From positions 134,354,001 through 134,418,000 of the forward strand of contig OX597815.1 of the NCBI GenBank assembly GCA_951406725.2: DNA of 64,000 bases, written 5' to 3'. A program made the translations under genes and the position numbers. This document shows positions 1 through 12,837 of this stretch, piece by piece. The number at the start of each line of letters is the position of its first letter. Positions within the stretch are counted from its first letter, which is position 1. This DNA comes from Octopus vulgaris. Lineage: Eukaryota. The notes beneath the pieces were generated by a model. The model was not told the origin of the DNA and made no database searches. It saw only the letters and a program-made list of their open reading frames with translations.

Positions 1-490
1 CCCACACCATCATCCACACACCTACACAAGCACATACGCACACGTCAAAGTCACCAGTCCCCTTCCACATGCACATACACAGTCTCACAAACACACACGT
101 GCGCCTTTGTTTTGGGATCACCACTATTTTATGTGGCAACATTTGAAATATTGTTGAGGTATATGTGGCTGATGAGGATAAATCAAATATATGTTGGCAG
201 ACATATTTTGAAGAATCTGAAACCGGTACCACATTATCCATTTCTAGGTATTTCATTTTCAGATGTGCTTCCTAGAGGTAAGACAATTTTTTTCATGTTT
301 GTTGCACACACGCATCTTTACTAGTACATACGCAGTGAAACTATACATTAGCATCGTATTTTTTATGTTTGCTATTTTCCAGTAAATATTGGTACTTCGT
401 TGTGCCATTTATTTACTTTTATGTATAATTTTACCCTCACTGGCTATCCTTTACTGGAAAGCAATACTCTCGTATTGCATTACTATTTTC

Positions 491-535
<45 letters not shown>

Positions 536-1377
536 ACAGATTTCTTTAAAACTGAAAATATTATCTTACTTTACAATAGAGACATAAAACTGCAATAGTG
601 TAAGAGATAAGAGATTTCTCTGGGCTTGCATTAGGCAAGAAGATAGAAATTTATTTGACCCATGACATTGCATGAACCTTGGCTATTGTATTAGACGACT
701 GTTGCTTTAAGTATTTTATTTTGATTTTATGTATATGTGTATGTATGAGCCAATGAGGGAGACCTCTACGTGGTAGCTAGGCCTGTTAGAAATAGCAACC
801 AAATCTCCCTCAAAACACCCTGCTGTCTTAATCCGACAATTCTGCCTATTATGTAGTTTGAATGAGAAACTGTAACTAAAGATTAAGATTATTAACCCCA
901 AACTTGGACGGTGTTAATTAGTGGAGATGTTTGGTGATTGTATGTGGTGGTTACTTATGACTGTTTCTTCTACATAAGGATAATTGATTGACAACAAATC
1001 TTAACACAATATATATATACAACTTCAAGTGGAATCGGACATCATAAGAGACACAGAGACAAGAAAGAAGAAAGACAGCATAGCAACGGTTTGGGCTGAC
1101 TGTCATCCTGTACTTCCCTTGTTGCTAGCGAAATGGTATGTGCCAGCTGTCTGAGCAAACATGTTGCTTTCAATGGTGGAACAAACAGGACAAAAAGATT
1201 ACAAAAATAGTGATTCTCACTTTGAAACTAACAATTTTGAAAATCTTTTTAGATTACGGAATGCCCTGCTCTGTCATGTATCCATGTTTAAAATTACAGT
1301 GTGATCGGATGAAGAACACTCAAGTTATATATAAGCACACAAACAGACAGACAGAACAGATTTTATATACTATATAC

Positions 1378-1430
<53 letters not shown>

Positions 1431-1524
1431 GTATATGTACATACTTACACATGCGTCTAACTCCATTTCTTTATTTATCTGTTATACAAAAACATTTCAC
1501 TAAACCCTGGAATTACTACCTTTA

Positions 1525-2502
1525 TAAGTAGGCTGTAACATCCTTGGTACTTATGTGAATTTTTTGCTAATTGTAATTTGAGTAGAATTCTTTGCGCAAC
1601 ATGTGTTCAAGCATTGTCTTGCAAGTGTCTTGCAAGAGAATTGGCCAGTTCTATTGACCAATCTTGGTTGTTTATTTGCAAGTTCATTCATCATTTCATC
1701 CAGTTGATTGATGTATACATCTGCTGTAATTAACTTACACTGGTGTCATCCACTACAGCTTCCTGAAGCTGTAGTGGATAACACCAGTGCTAGACCACCA
1801 AACAAACACCATTAGCTTCTTTGGAGAATATTCTTTTTTGGATTGTGTTTTGGCACTTCGTCTCTATCCAACCACAATGCAGAACACTTGCTATTATTGA
1901 AAGAATCCATTTTCCATCTCATGTAACAATACGATGCAAAAAAGGTTTGCTTTTATGCCATGACAGCAAAGAACAACAAGTTTCAAGATGACGTGTCATT
2001 TGATGCTCGTTCAGTTCATGCAGTACCCGCTTGTCCAGCTTCTTTACCATGCCAATTTGTTTCAGATAGTCCAATATTGTTGGAATCGAAACATCAATCC
2101 TTGATGCTAATTCATGCATAGTTTGAGTTGTATTAGCTTCCACTACAGTTTCCATCTCATCATTATCCAGATCTGCCATGGGGCTGATTTTCAAGAGTAA
2201 AATCATCAGACTGGAACTTCTCAAACCATCAATGTACAGTGCATTCATTCACCACATCTTCCCCAAACACCTGATTGATGTTTTGAGCTGTCTGAATTAT
2301 TGATCTATCCATGGGTTCACAAAAATTGATTTACAAGAGAAAACTCTCAATATAATCCAACACCATGAATTGCATTTTGAAAAGTGATGATGTAACTCTT
2401 CAATTTTGTAAAACAAAGAATGTTTAGGATAAAACATTAGAGTTAACAATTGTCAAACTTTGTGCATAAGAAAATCGGACCTTTCATTCTCAATGACCTG
2501 AT
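1525..2502 (-). mobile_element. Decayed mariner DNA transposon in the FUCA intron
   Basis: ORF 1919-2248 has mariner motifs (..KKLDKRVLHEL ~ WVPHEL; FLHRIVT*DGKW ~ IVTCDEKW). TIR-like end caggtcattgagaatgaaaggtccgatt near 2500. The left end is truncated and approximate. Confidence 0.8.
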
Positions 2503-2566
2503 GGATGGATGGATGCATGTATGTATGCATCATCATCATTTAACGTCCATCTTCCATGCTGGCATG

Positions 2567-2626
<60 letters not shown>

Positions 2627-2821
2627 CACATACAAAATTATGTAATATTTATATATATATTTATAGATAGTATGTACATTCATATTAAAAACTTGTTCTC
2701 ATGTAGTTCCAATTTATCCATTTCATATAAAATCTTATTTATTTCATGTAGAACTTATTATATAAATATTTCATGCAGAATCAAATATCTTTTTTTAACT
2801 AATCACATTAATTTTACCTAC

Positions 2822-2954
2822 CTGACAGTTTCAGCAAGTTCATCAATCAATTGATCAACTGTCAGTAAATCTTGAAGCCTTAAGTTGCGTCTGTAACCCC
2901 AGGAATATCGGTCGATTGTCATGGCATTTTCCCACTTCTTCTTTTGAAGAACAC
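2822..2954 (-). CDS. FUCA: Alpha-L-fucosidase exon 6 (gene continues beyond the window start)
   Basis: ttgcag|GT..GTC AG|gtaggt. Encodes [44 protein letters not shown]. 133 nt, phase 1 to 2. The expected next exon (CGGNLLxNVGP-like) was not seen in 1-2800. Confidence 0.95.
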
Positions 2955-2963
2955 CTGCAAAGA

Positions 2964-3043
2964 AATGTAGAACATAAGGATAATCCAAAAAGATACAAAG
3001 CTAATGTAGAAAATAATGATAATCCAAAAAGATACAAAACTAA
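2964..3043. repeat. ~39-bp tandem duplication at the FUCA exon 6 branch/acceptor region
   Basis: aatgtagaa(c/a)ataa(g/t)gataatccaaaaagatacaaa(g/a)ct is present twice. Confidence 0.8.
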
Positions 3044-3409
3044 TTGCTGCCCTTGAATAAACTCCTATCAAACCTGATCAAGTAGCCCTATGATTAAGGG
3101 CTTTCCTTTCAAGACCATCCTTTCTTTTATCATTCTTAGGAAACATTGTTGAATGTGTCTCTTTTCAAAAATGGAAGGTGTAATTTGAGGAAAATTTGAC
3201 TGTTATTTTTAGCAGGTCATGCAACTATTTAAAGATTCTTTTTTTGGCTCAGTGGTTTCTAAAGCCAGTTTGTTTTCACCTTTTAAAAAATTCTAAAGTT
3301 AACCTATTGTACACTATTTGGAGAGCTAGATAATGGCCACCAAAGACATTTGATACTTTTCACATATGATATTTTTAAAACTAGGACATTAAAAAAATAT
3401 AAAAACATA

Positions 3410-3752
3410 AAATGAATTGTTCCAATGGTAGAACATCTGTCATGTTTATAGATGTAGGTTTGAGTCCCACAGGCACCTTTTGACTTTTTCTATCCAAAAG
3501 TTTTTTTAACCCAATACCTACATGCTATTATTTATAACTTTATCTACTTTGAGTTCCTACCATTATGAATGAATTATCTCAGGTCTCTAGTAGTTTCTAA
3601 ATTATCATGATGCAAACAACATACAATTCTTACTGGTAAAAAAGTTTAGATTCAAGTCCTACAGGCAACCTTTGACTTCTATCAAAAGGGTTTCTTTCCA
3701 CCTGATATTTGCACACTATTATTCATAACTTTATCTACTTTGAGTTCCACCA
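3410..3752 (+). repeat. Two tandem ~185-bp tRNA-like (SINE-like) units
   Basis: A-box-like tccaatggtag and B-box-like ggtttgagtcc. The ending ataactttatctactttgagttc occurs in both units. Confidence 0.55.
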
Positions 3753-3926
3753 TAAAAATAAAATAAAATGAAACTGTGCCATCTTTATCTGAGTTCTAAC
3801 TAGAGATAAAGGAAAAGCTATAAGTTGAAATTAACACATGTTATTGTAAGGGATGTTGTACAACAGAATGCAGAGATACAATTTTTGGTGATGCAACAGT
3901 ACCAACAGTAATAAGGTTTTCTAACA

Positions 3927-4255
3927 GGCACAGACATGGTTGTGTCATATGAAGTTTGTTTCCCAATCACATGGTTCTGGGTTCAGTCCCATTGTATGGC
4001 ACCTGGGGTGTTTTTTACTATAAGCCTTGGGCTAACTAAAGCCTTGTGAGTGGACTTGGTAGACAGAAACTGAAAGAAGCCCATTGTTTCTAACTGGTGT
4101 TGATGTGTTTTCATCCCTATAACTTAGTGATTCGGCAAAAGAGATTGACATACTAAGTACTAAGCTTAAAAAAACAATAAGGTTAATTCGTTCGACTAAA
4201 AGTTTTCAAGGCAATTCACTAGCATGGCTGCAGGCAAATGGTTAAAACAAAAGAT
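3927..4255 (+). mobile_element. tRNA-derived SINE, family A (very abundant in the window)
   Basis: Head tggctgtgtgg..ggttcagtccc, then caccttgggcaagtgtc, a CA/TA tract and tail gactgaaacaagtaaaaga. Other copies near 8590-8730(-), 11740-11900(-), 12370-12965, 14150-14310(-), 15990-16135(-), 23400-23770(-), 35310-35545, 48890-49110, 54365-54460(-). Confidence 0.85.
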
Positions 4256-4899
4256 ATGCATAAGACCACAAATTTGGGGACCAGATTTATTTGCTTAAAC
4301 TGACCCCAGTACTTGAATGGTACTTTATTTTCTAACCCGCCACCTCCACAGAAGGATAAAAGGTAATATTGAGCTTCATAGAATTTGAACTAAGCATGTA
4401 AGGAGCTGATATGTTGTTCAATTCTGCCAATCTAATCCTTTCTCACATAAAGACAAGGCCACAGATTTTGGAGGAAGAGGAGGTGTGAAGCTGATTTCAT
4501 TGACATCATTACATAATTACTGGAATGAGATGATGATTTGGCATGGCTGACTGCTTAGGTTGATGGTATGTTTTGGCGCTCGAGGCAAACATACACATGT
4601 GTGCAGAAATATACAAATACAGATAGAAAAAGTGAGTGTGAGTGTGTGTGTGTCTGAAAGACAGAGAGACAGAAAGAGAGAGAAACATTACAATTTACTA
4701 ATTGAACCTGACATGAACCCTTTCTCTCTCATACACATAAGGATAGACATGCCCAGAGAGAGAGAGAGAGGAAGAGAGAAAGAGAAGGGGAAGAGAACGA
4801 AAGAAACATTAAAACTTGATGTCAAATACATTAGCATTGAATCAGCAACATCCAATAGGCAATGCCAAAATGGCTGTGCCAAATTGTCATATCCCTTAC

Positions 4900-4997
4900 C
4901 TGGATTGTATCTGTCATTACAGTTGAGAAAACTACCATGTTTGCATCGAATATTTTTACCCCATCGGTCATTCACACATACTGTGTCTTTCACAGGA
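4900..4997 (-). CDS. FUCA: Alpha-L-fucosidase exon 5
   Basis: ttttag|T CCT..CCA G|gtaagg. Encodes [33 protein letters not shown], with the NDRWG motif. 98 nt, phase 2 to 1. Confidence 0.96.
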
Positions 4998-6189
4998 CTA
5001 AAAAATAAGTGAATGAATAAATAAATAAATAAAAGGAAAAACACACAAGTATTCTTATTAACTTAATCAACTGTCAAGTGATAATACATTTTCAAAACTG
5101 ATTTTGATGTCTTATTAATAATCCATTTTGGATATCTTACTCCACTCTTGATACAGGTATTTCTCATCAACTGAACCTCTACTTTATTCATCCCCGACTA
5201 TATTCACCACTACCTCAGTCTGTAACCATGGATTACTACTCTCCCCTCACACTCTTCTGAAACTACCCTCTCTCCCTACCCTGATCCCTTGTTTGTATCT
5301 TCTCTCATACTTACCATCATTTGTCTTGAGATGCCCCAGCATCTTGTCACAACCATCTTTATCTTCTTTCCAGCTACACCATTATACAATGCGAGGTAGC
5401 CATGTACCTCCTGTATAGCAAGCCACCTGGGTTTGTACTGCTATCATTCTTTAGCCATCAACAGCTAGCATAAAACCATCTCCCCATTCTCGCCACCACC
5501 CCACTTCATTGAGGGAGCATTTATTGGCTTTCCTGTTCTTTTCTTTCCTTACAGGTTACTTGGCAACCCCACAAGTGCCAACAGCATGAGAAAAGCAACT
5601 AGTACATACTGTAAAATGATTGGGATTAGGGTGGGCATCCAGCCATAGAAACCATGCCAAAGCTGACATCAGATCTCAGCGTAGCCCAGCAGCTCACCAG
5701 ACCCTGTCAAACTGCCCAACTCATGTCAGAATGGAAAATGGATGTTAAATGATGATGATGATAATAACAACAATGGTAATGATGATGATGATGAATGATA
5801 TTTTCTATATGAAGGACACCTAGTTAAGTTTCTTCCAAGACTCTTAGTGTACTGAGTAAAAAATGAACTTTTAATCAATTAATATCAAACCTATAATGAC
5901 AGGGATTCATTAGCATTAATGACAATTCTATAAAATATGAGATACTTCTAATCAAATGATTATATACGTCTTCTATCTCTAAAGTGCCATGTACCAATAT
6001 AACTATAAAATATAGTTATGACTCTTATATATATCCATTGTATTTGTACAGTTTAAAATGTAAACATGTATTCTACATTCAATACTAGGTTAATGCTAAC
6101 ATAATTTAATGCCATTGTGTAATTTATACGTTGTAATTGTAGCTATATTTGTATTACTTCAACTGCTTGAGCAAACTGAACAAAGGTCA

Positions 6190-7050
6190 CCAATCTTGGT
6201 GTTGGAGAATATGGAAGCTGATTCATAAAACAAAGCTTGTAAATAAGATCTAAGGGCACATCACAAACACAGATATAAATGAGTTTTAATGCTGAATCAT
6301 ACTACTAAATATTCAACAACAAATGAAAGTAGCTGTTACCAACTATAATGGTTAGTGACTCTCATATATCCAAGGGTGTGAGGCCAAAGAGCTGGAGGTT
6401 GATGGATAGGGAGGTGAGAGAAGATGAAGGGGAAGACGGGGAGGAGGAGGTTGCAGAAGAAGGAGGGAGAGATGAGGAGGGAGGTGGGGGCAGGGAGACG
6501 TTGGGGGAGATAAGGACATGATGTGGTCTATGAGGATATCAATGGCCAGGAGAGCGGGTACAGAGGTGTAGAGGGAAACTACGTCTAAACTAAAAGGGTA
6601 TTTGCTAGTTTTAAGTATGGAAGGGTCAGGGTCAATATCTTTGAGTTTCATGAAGATTTTGTGGGAGCTGCTGATGTGTCCAGGGATTGTGTGTAGTAAG
6701 GGTTTGAGGAGTTTAGAGAGGAGCCAAGAAATCATATAGAAAGGACCATTAATTCCTGATACTAAGGGTCTGATTTTAAGCTTAGGTCTGGGTTTGAGGG
6801 TTTTTATTAAATAGTAGAAGGCTGGAAGGGTGGTGTTTTTAGATGTGTCGTTCAGTCTAGCCTTCTTAGAGAGATTCCTTTGGTGACAGATGTTGGCCCA
6901 GTTGGTATTGATGGTAGACTAAATTTGGTGAGGTATGATGTTGTGAACCTTTTCGTATAGTGTGGTGTCACTGAGGTTTTCAATAGCTTGTTTGTTGTAG
7001 GTGGGTTTCTCTATAATGCAGAATTCTTTTCCTTTGTCTGAAGGTAAGTA
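6190..7050 (-). mobile_element. Penelope-like element RT fragment (left arm)
   Basis: KIRPLVSGINGPFYMISWLLSKLLKPL...FSLDVVSLYTSVP is a PLE-type RT signature. Confidence 0.75.
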
Positions 7051-8110
7051 CATTACCTACCTTCATAAGAAAATACTAAATCACCTTCACGGAAGGCTCT
7101 CTCAACACATCCTTAATATCACTAATCTAAAAACTAAGCTAGCACAACAAACTGACAATCCAGACACTTCTCTACCATGCTTACACGACATGATAAACCA
7201 ATGCTATTACAATAGACTATTTCATGAGATAGAATGCCTTACAAGAAAGCTCCTCTCCAAACTCCTCAAGCCCTTAGTACACGCATTCCCCGGACACATC
7301 AGCATTTCCCACGAAATCTTCACAAGACTCAAAGATATCGACCACTCCATGCTTAAAAATAACAAATACCTATTAGTTTAGACGTAGTTTCCCTCTACAC
7401 CTCTGTTCCCACTCTCTCAGCCATTAATATCCTCAAAGATCACATCATGTCCTTATTTCCCTCCACATCTCCTTTCCCCCATCTCCCTCCTCATCTCTTC
7501 CTCCCTTCCCTGCAACCTCCTTCTCCCCATCTTCCCCTTCATTTTTTCTCACATCCCCATCCATCAACCTCCAGCTCTTCGGCCTCACACCCTCGGAAAT
7601 ATGAGAGTTACTAACCATTATGGTTGGTAACACCTACTTCTAACATAACGATGTGATTTACAAACAGACTTCTGGCCTACCTATGGGATCTAGCTGGCTA
7701 TCACGTACATGGATAAGCTAGAACACACAGCACTCTACACCTGTCACTCATGCATCTTCAGAGGACCTATACGAGATCATCTGTGGCAAATATGGCGCAT
7801 CCTACAAAGGAAGCACATCAAGAAAACTGCATATATGCATTAAGGAACACATGCAGGCAGACACTTTCGTGAAGAAACATCTATGGAAATGCCAGACCTG
7901 AGAATTCACAGTGCACATCAAGGTAACACAGTGGAATAGGAGCAACCTTAAAATCTCTGAGGCCATCCTCATGCACCAAAAGAAATACCTTTTTATAGCA
8001 ACACCTTTTTGCACATGTCCACTCCAAACATGCTCACACACACGCACATAGGCAACATTCGTTAATTTCTTGAAAATGGGGTCATAACCCTGAAATATTG
8101 AATACAAGGT
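7050..8110 (+). mobile_element. Penelope-like element RT and 3' fragment (right arm, inverted relative to 6190-7050)
   Basis: Homologous LLSKLLKPLVHAFPGHIS..DVVSLYTSVP, then YKQTSGLPMGS (PLE RT motif). Frameshifted. Confidence 0.75.
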
Positions 8111-8192
8111 AAGTCTACATTAATTCATATATTCGTTTTTTTGTGATTTGCCTTGCATTTACTTTGCACTGTTCTGGCCTCACCCATGATCC

Positions 8193-8224
<32 letters not shown>

Positions 8225-8227
<3 letters not shown>

Positions 8228-8563
8228 TGTAGTTGTGATACCCATGCCGGTGACATGTAAAAAGCACCATCCGAACATGGCGGGTCCAGCACCACCTTGA
8301 CTGGCATCTGTGCCAGTGACACGTAAAAAGCACCAACCGATCATGGCTGTTGCCAGCCTCCTCTGGCCCCTGCGCCGGTGGCATGTAAAAAGTATCCACT
8401 ACACTCACAGAGTGGTTGACGTTAGGAAGGGCATCCAGCTGTAGAAACACTGCCAGATCAGACTGGAGCCTGGTGCAGCCTCCTGGCTTCCCAGACCCCT
8501 GTCGAACTGTCCAACCGTCCAACCCATGCTAGCATGGAAAACGGACGTTAAACAATGATGATG
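8225..8563 (+). repeat. RTE-type LINE 3' tail repeat ending in (GAT)n
   Basis: ..gcgttaggaagggcatccagctgtagaaac..aacccatgctagcatggaaa..cgttaaa(tga)n. Related copies near 5560-5790, 13060-13685, 16540-16835, 26000-26200, 33160-33400, 35980-36450, 55720-55850(-). Confidence 0.75.
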
Positions 8564-8782
8564 ATACATATATATATACATACATACACACACATGATAG
8601 GCTTCTTTCAGTTTCCCTCTACCAAATCCATTCACAAGGTTTTGGTCAGCCTGAGGCTATAGAGAAGACACCTGCCCAAAGTGCCATGCAGTGGAAATGA
8701 ACCTGGAAGATTGTGGTTAAGAAGCAAACTTCTTAGCATGCAGCCATACCTCTATGTGTGCATGTGTACATACATAAGTATG

Positions 8783-8816
<34 letters not shown>

Positions 8817-8859
8817 TGTATGCATGCATGCATGCATGTATGTATGTATATATAGGGGT

Positions 8860-9540
8860 GTCACCAGGACTAAGTAGTCAGTCTCCTCCTATTCATCATA
8901 GTTCCCCAAGCCATAACAGAGGAGTTGGCTACCCTTGGAAACTACTATATGTTGATGATCTCATTCTTATACCAGAATCTGTAGAAATTGGAAAAGAAAT
9001 TCCAGGTGTGGAAGCAAAGCCTGGAATCAAAAGGTCTTGATTTAACTAAGTAAAGTCCAAAGTTGTAGTTAGCAAGAAAACAGATAAGACTCTCTTCCTA
9101 CCAGGTAAAAGTCTCTGCTCAATATGTAGAAAGTATATTGGAAGGAATTCCATACAATGTACCCAGTGAAAGGTTAACAGAGAAAGTAGTCTTTATATGT
9201 GGCAGATGCACAGGAACAATAAACACTAAGAAAACAAGAATTAGATTTTCTCAAATGTTCTATTATCTAAGTGACCTAATTAGCAGTGAAATACAATGTT
9301 CTGAAAATATAGTTGTTAGAATGAGAACAATGGAAAAAGTTCAGAGAGCTATTATCTATGTTGGCCAAAAATTTCTCTGTGAGTGCGTAAAAGACAGATT
9401 ATATGATGCTTGTGTATGAACAGCTATGCTACATGGTAGTAAGATGTGGTACCTGAATACAGAGGACAAGTAAGGACAGGAGAGGAATGAAGCTAGTATG
9501 TTACACTGAATGTGCAATATCAGTGTGCATGTAGATGTCA
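8860..9540 (+). mobile_element. RTE-clade LINE RT C-terminal fragment
   Basis: Decayed GVxQG..LSPLLF..PWKLLYVDDL..; later RLYDACVxTAMLHGS..W (RTE-like). Confidence 0.7.
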
Positions 9541-10243
9541 TAGTTCAATATCATGTCAATTGGTCATAGCCCAACATCTTATCTGCTTTCATTAATCTGA
9601 TATGTTTTCATGTTATAGTCCAACATCGTTGTTGTCATTTTGCCTCTATATCTACTACATATTTATGAATATGTCTGTATGTCTGTTCTGGATTTGCTTA
9701 AAAGCAATGAAGAAAGACTCACAAAACCATGTATATTATTATTCACCATCTACTTTGAAATTCATTTCCTTCTATACAGCATCAATGTGCTTGAACTAAA
9801 TTCTGAAATATCTTTACTCAAATACTGTCTTACATGTACACACAATCACTAATATCACATCACATACTCTCTCTCACATGAACCTTAGGTGATAGCTTTA
9901 ATCTGTCATCTAGATACAAACCACCATCTGGAATTTGAGTGCTTTTAGTCTGTTCTATTGCAAGTTTTGGAGGCTGTGAACATGGTCATGGAATCTTGTC
10001 CTCCTTCTTCTGGATAGTTCATGCAAAAAAGCTGAAACTGCAACTTGTAAAATCTCACAAATACCCGCACTTTGTTCTCTCTCTCTTTCACTCATGCTTA
10101 CATACACACATGTACATGTACTACTAGATTTTGTATCAATTGTAAATTAATATAAATATAGATTGTTTAAAGTATCAAGATATGAATTTCCTTTAATTTC
10201 AAAGGTTAACTATTAAACTAAATCAGAATAAACTGAAACAAAC

Positions 10244-10377
10244 CTTTCATTGTATAACCAAGCCAAGAACTGTGTTGAATTCCAATAAGTATCATCACAT
10301 TCCCAGTCACCATCAGACCAAATCACTTCTGGTTTGTATTCCTTAACAATTTCATGAAGCTCTGGTATAGCTTTTGT
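10244..10377 (-). CDS. FUCA: Alpha-L-fucosidase exon 4 (catalytic nucleophile)
   Basis: cag|ACA..GAA AG|gtttgt. Encodes [50 protein letters not shown] carries the GH29 nucleophile Asp. 134 nt, phase 0 to 2. Confidence 0.96.
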
Positions 10378-12152
10378 CTGTCAGTCAAAAACAGAATAAA
10401 GATTTATATGTTTTTATGGAACATGCAAGCCTTTCCAAATAGGCCACAACATGAGAACATTACAAAATTAGAAAAAGGAGTTTCAAATCCAGCATGTACA
10501 CAGAACCAAGTTTTTTGTTTCTAGGTAAATGCTATATCTCAAGTCATAGTTGAATCCTACCATCAGTATTCTTGAGAGAGAGAGAGAGGTGGAGAGGCAG
10601 AATGGGAAACAAGCATATTTTTTCTATGGAGAAACTTGGTTTGGGATAGTTTTATGGTGAATTCCAGTCTTCTCTGAAAATATGTCTGGTCCTGCAGTTA
10701 TCAGTACAAAACAGTCACATATTAACCAATATATATATATATATATATCTTTTTTTAACAAGACACTTTATTTCATGTTGCTCCAGTCCACTCAGCTGGC
10801 AAAAATGAGTACCACCTGCATTTCAAAAGGCCAGCCATATCGTACTCTGTGTCAGGCTGAATCTCTTTGAGAACTATGTTAGAGGGTATACAAGTTTGTG
10901 GAGTGTTCAGCCACTTGCATATAATTTCATGAGCAGGCTGTTACATTGATCGGATCAGCTGGAGCCCTCATCGTTGTAACCAATAGAGTGCATGTGATTA
11001 TATTTTGTACAGATAACAATTAAAATTTCTTCCATCTAAAAGAAATGTTGCTATGTACCTTTGAATGTGTATGTACTTCTACACACATGTCAGTATTTCA
11101 CTATTATTATAACTGCCAATATCTGTACAATTGTGTTGCTATGTATAACTGTTCATGTAAATCATTTCATTTGCCCAGCAAATAAGATGCTTAATAGGCT
11201 TCAGTCAGACATTTGGTCATCATCATTATCATCATCCTTGTTTAATATTCACTTTTCCATGATTGCAAGAGTCAGATAGGATTTGTTGAGGTAGAATTTA
11301 TACAGCCAGATGCCCTTCCTACTGCTAACCCTCACCTGTTTCAAAATAAAGTGATACTTCCCAATGACCAGACGTGTTTTCATATCATTGCCATTATTGT
11401 CTCAACATTTAACATCCATTTTCCATGCTGGCATGGGTTGGACAGCTCGACAGGAACTGGCAAGGCCAGGGTCTGCACCAAGTTCCATAGCCTGTCTTGG
11501 CTTGGTTTCCACAGCTGGATGTCCTTCCTAATGCCAACCACTCCACAGACAGAGGATACTGGGTGCTTTTTACATTGCACCATCACCAGTGCTTTTTATG
11601 AGGCACCAGCATCCACACCAATGCTTTTTACAGAAGATTGGAAATGAAGTACACTGCATGCCAGTAACTTTCGTTTACAGATATCACTTGAAGTCAAGGA
11701 ATAGAGACAATAACACACACACATATACACATAGATAGATATACATGCGTCAACTTATTTCAGTTTTCCATCAAGTGGATTGATTATCCAGGGCTATAGT
11801 AGAAGACACTTGCCCAAGATGCCACACAGTGGGACTGAACCGAAAACCTCATGATTGGGAAGCAAACTTCTTACTACACAGTCACATATGCACCTATTTG
11901 ATATCCAAATAAATCTCTCAAAGAACGAAATTCGTTTGCTCAGTAATTATTGATAAAAGACTTAGTGTTTCAAATTTTAGTAGTTTCTGAAATAACCAGA
12001 AAACAAGCAACCAAACAAATATGATAAAACTGTAGTACCTAGTTTTTTTGCTGGTTGGATATGTTGGATAGAAGTGGAGAGGAACAATAATAATAATAGT
12101 GTTGCATGATAATTTGAATAAACAATTTGATAAAGTGTATGTCTATATGTAC

Positions 12153-12280
12153 CTTAGCAAAGTCATGTGTTGTAAAGTTGGAAGCTTTATCTTTCAAATA
12201 GAGTGGATGAAACCATTCTAATAATGAATGGTATAAGCCGAAATGAACGGAAGTCTTTTTGACAGCTGCAGCGAATTCAC
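12153..12280 (-). CDS. FUCA: Alpha-L-fucosidase exon 3
   Basis: ccag|GT GAA..GCT AAG|gtacat. Encodes EFAAAVKKTSVHFGLYHSLLEWFHPLYLKDKASNFTTHDFAK. 128 nt, phase 1 to 0. Not in the ORF track; translated by hand. Confidence 0.95.
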
Positions 12281-12630
12281 CTGGAATTTAAAATCAAATT
12301 ATAAGACATTCTACTGCAATGAAAAGAATGACAGAACTTTATGCAAAACAGTTTGATAATGATTCATAGTTGCATGGCCATGTGGCTAAGAAACTCAGTT
12401 TGCCACCATGTGGTTTCAGGTTCAATACAACTGTATAGCACCTTCAGCTATTATCTTCTACTATAGTTCTGGGCCAAACCATGCCTTGTGAGTAAATTTG
12501 ATGGACAGAAACTGTATGGAAGACCATGTCTCTGTCTGTGGAGAGGTATGTGTGTGTGTGTCTATCACTCTACCACTTGACAACTGGTGTTGGTTTGTTT
12601 ACATCCCCAAGACTAAGCAATCTGGCATAA

Positions 12631-12837
12631 CCCTTTAGCATTCAGATTTCTTATCCAATGAAAGGCTTATTTATTCACAGTTTTGAATAAATCACAATTT
12701 ATTTTGTAGCTTCAAAATTTCAATGGTGTCCATATATATTATTAGAATGACATTGTAGGGTAGGTGTGAGAGTTTGGATCTGGTTATAAAACAGGTAAAA
12801 TATTTGGGCTGGATATGGCTGATTAAATGCTAAAGGG
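12631..12837. mobile_element. piggyBac-type MITE inserted in a family-A SINE
   Basis: TIR CCCTTTAGCATT/AATGCTAAAGGG, flanked by ATAA and TTAA. It splits the SINE at 12370-12965. Confidence 0.8.

Noticed and set aside
112-1503. Short ORFs rich in YI, CV or HT dipeptides here and throughout the window
   Set aside because: They are translations of (TA)n, (TG)n and (CA)n microsatellites and SINEs, with no coding signal.
8068-8110. Hammerhead-like GGGTCATAACCC-TGAAA at the end of the Penelope fragment
   Set aside because: The CUGANGA core and stem I are too degenerate to support a call.
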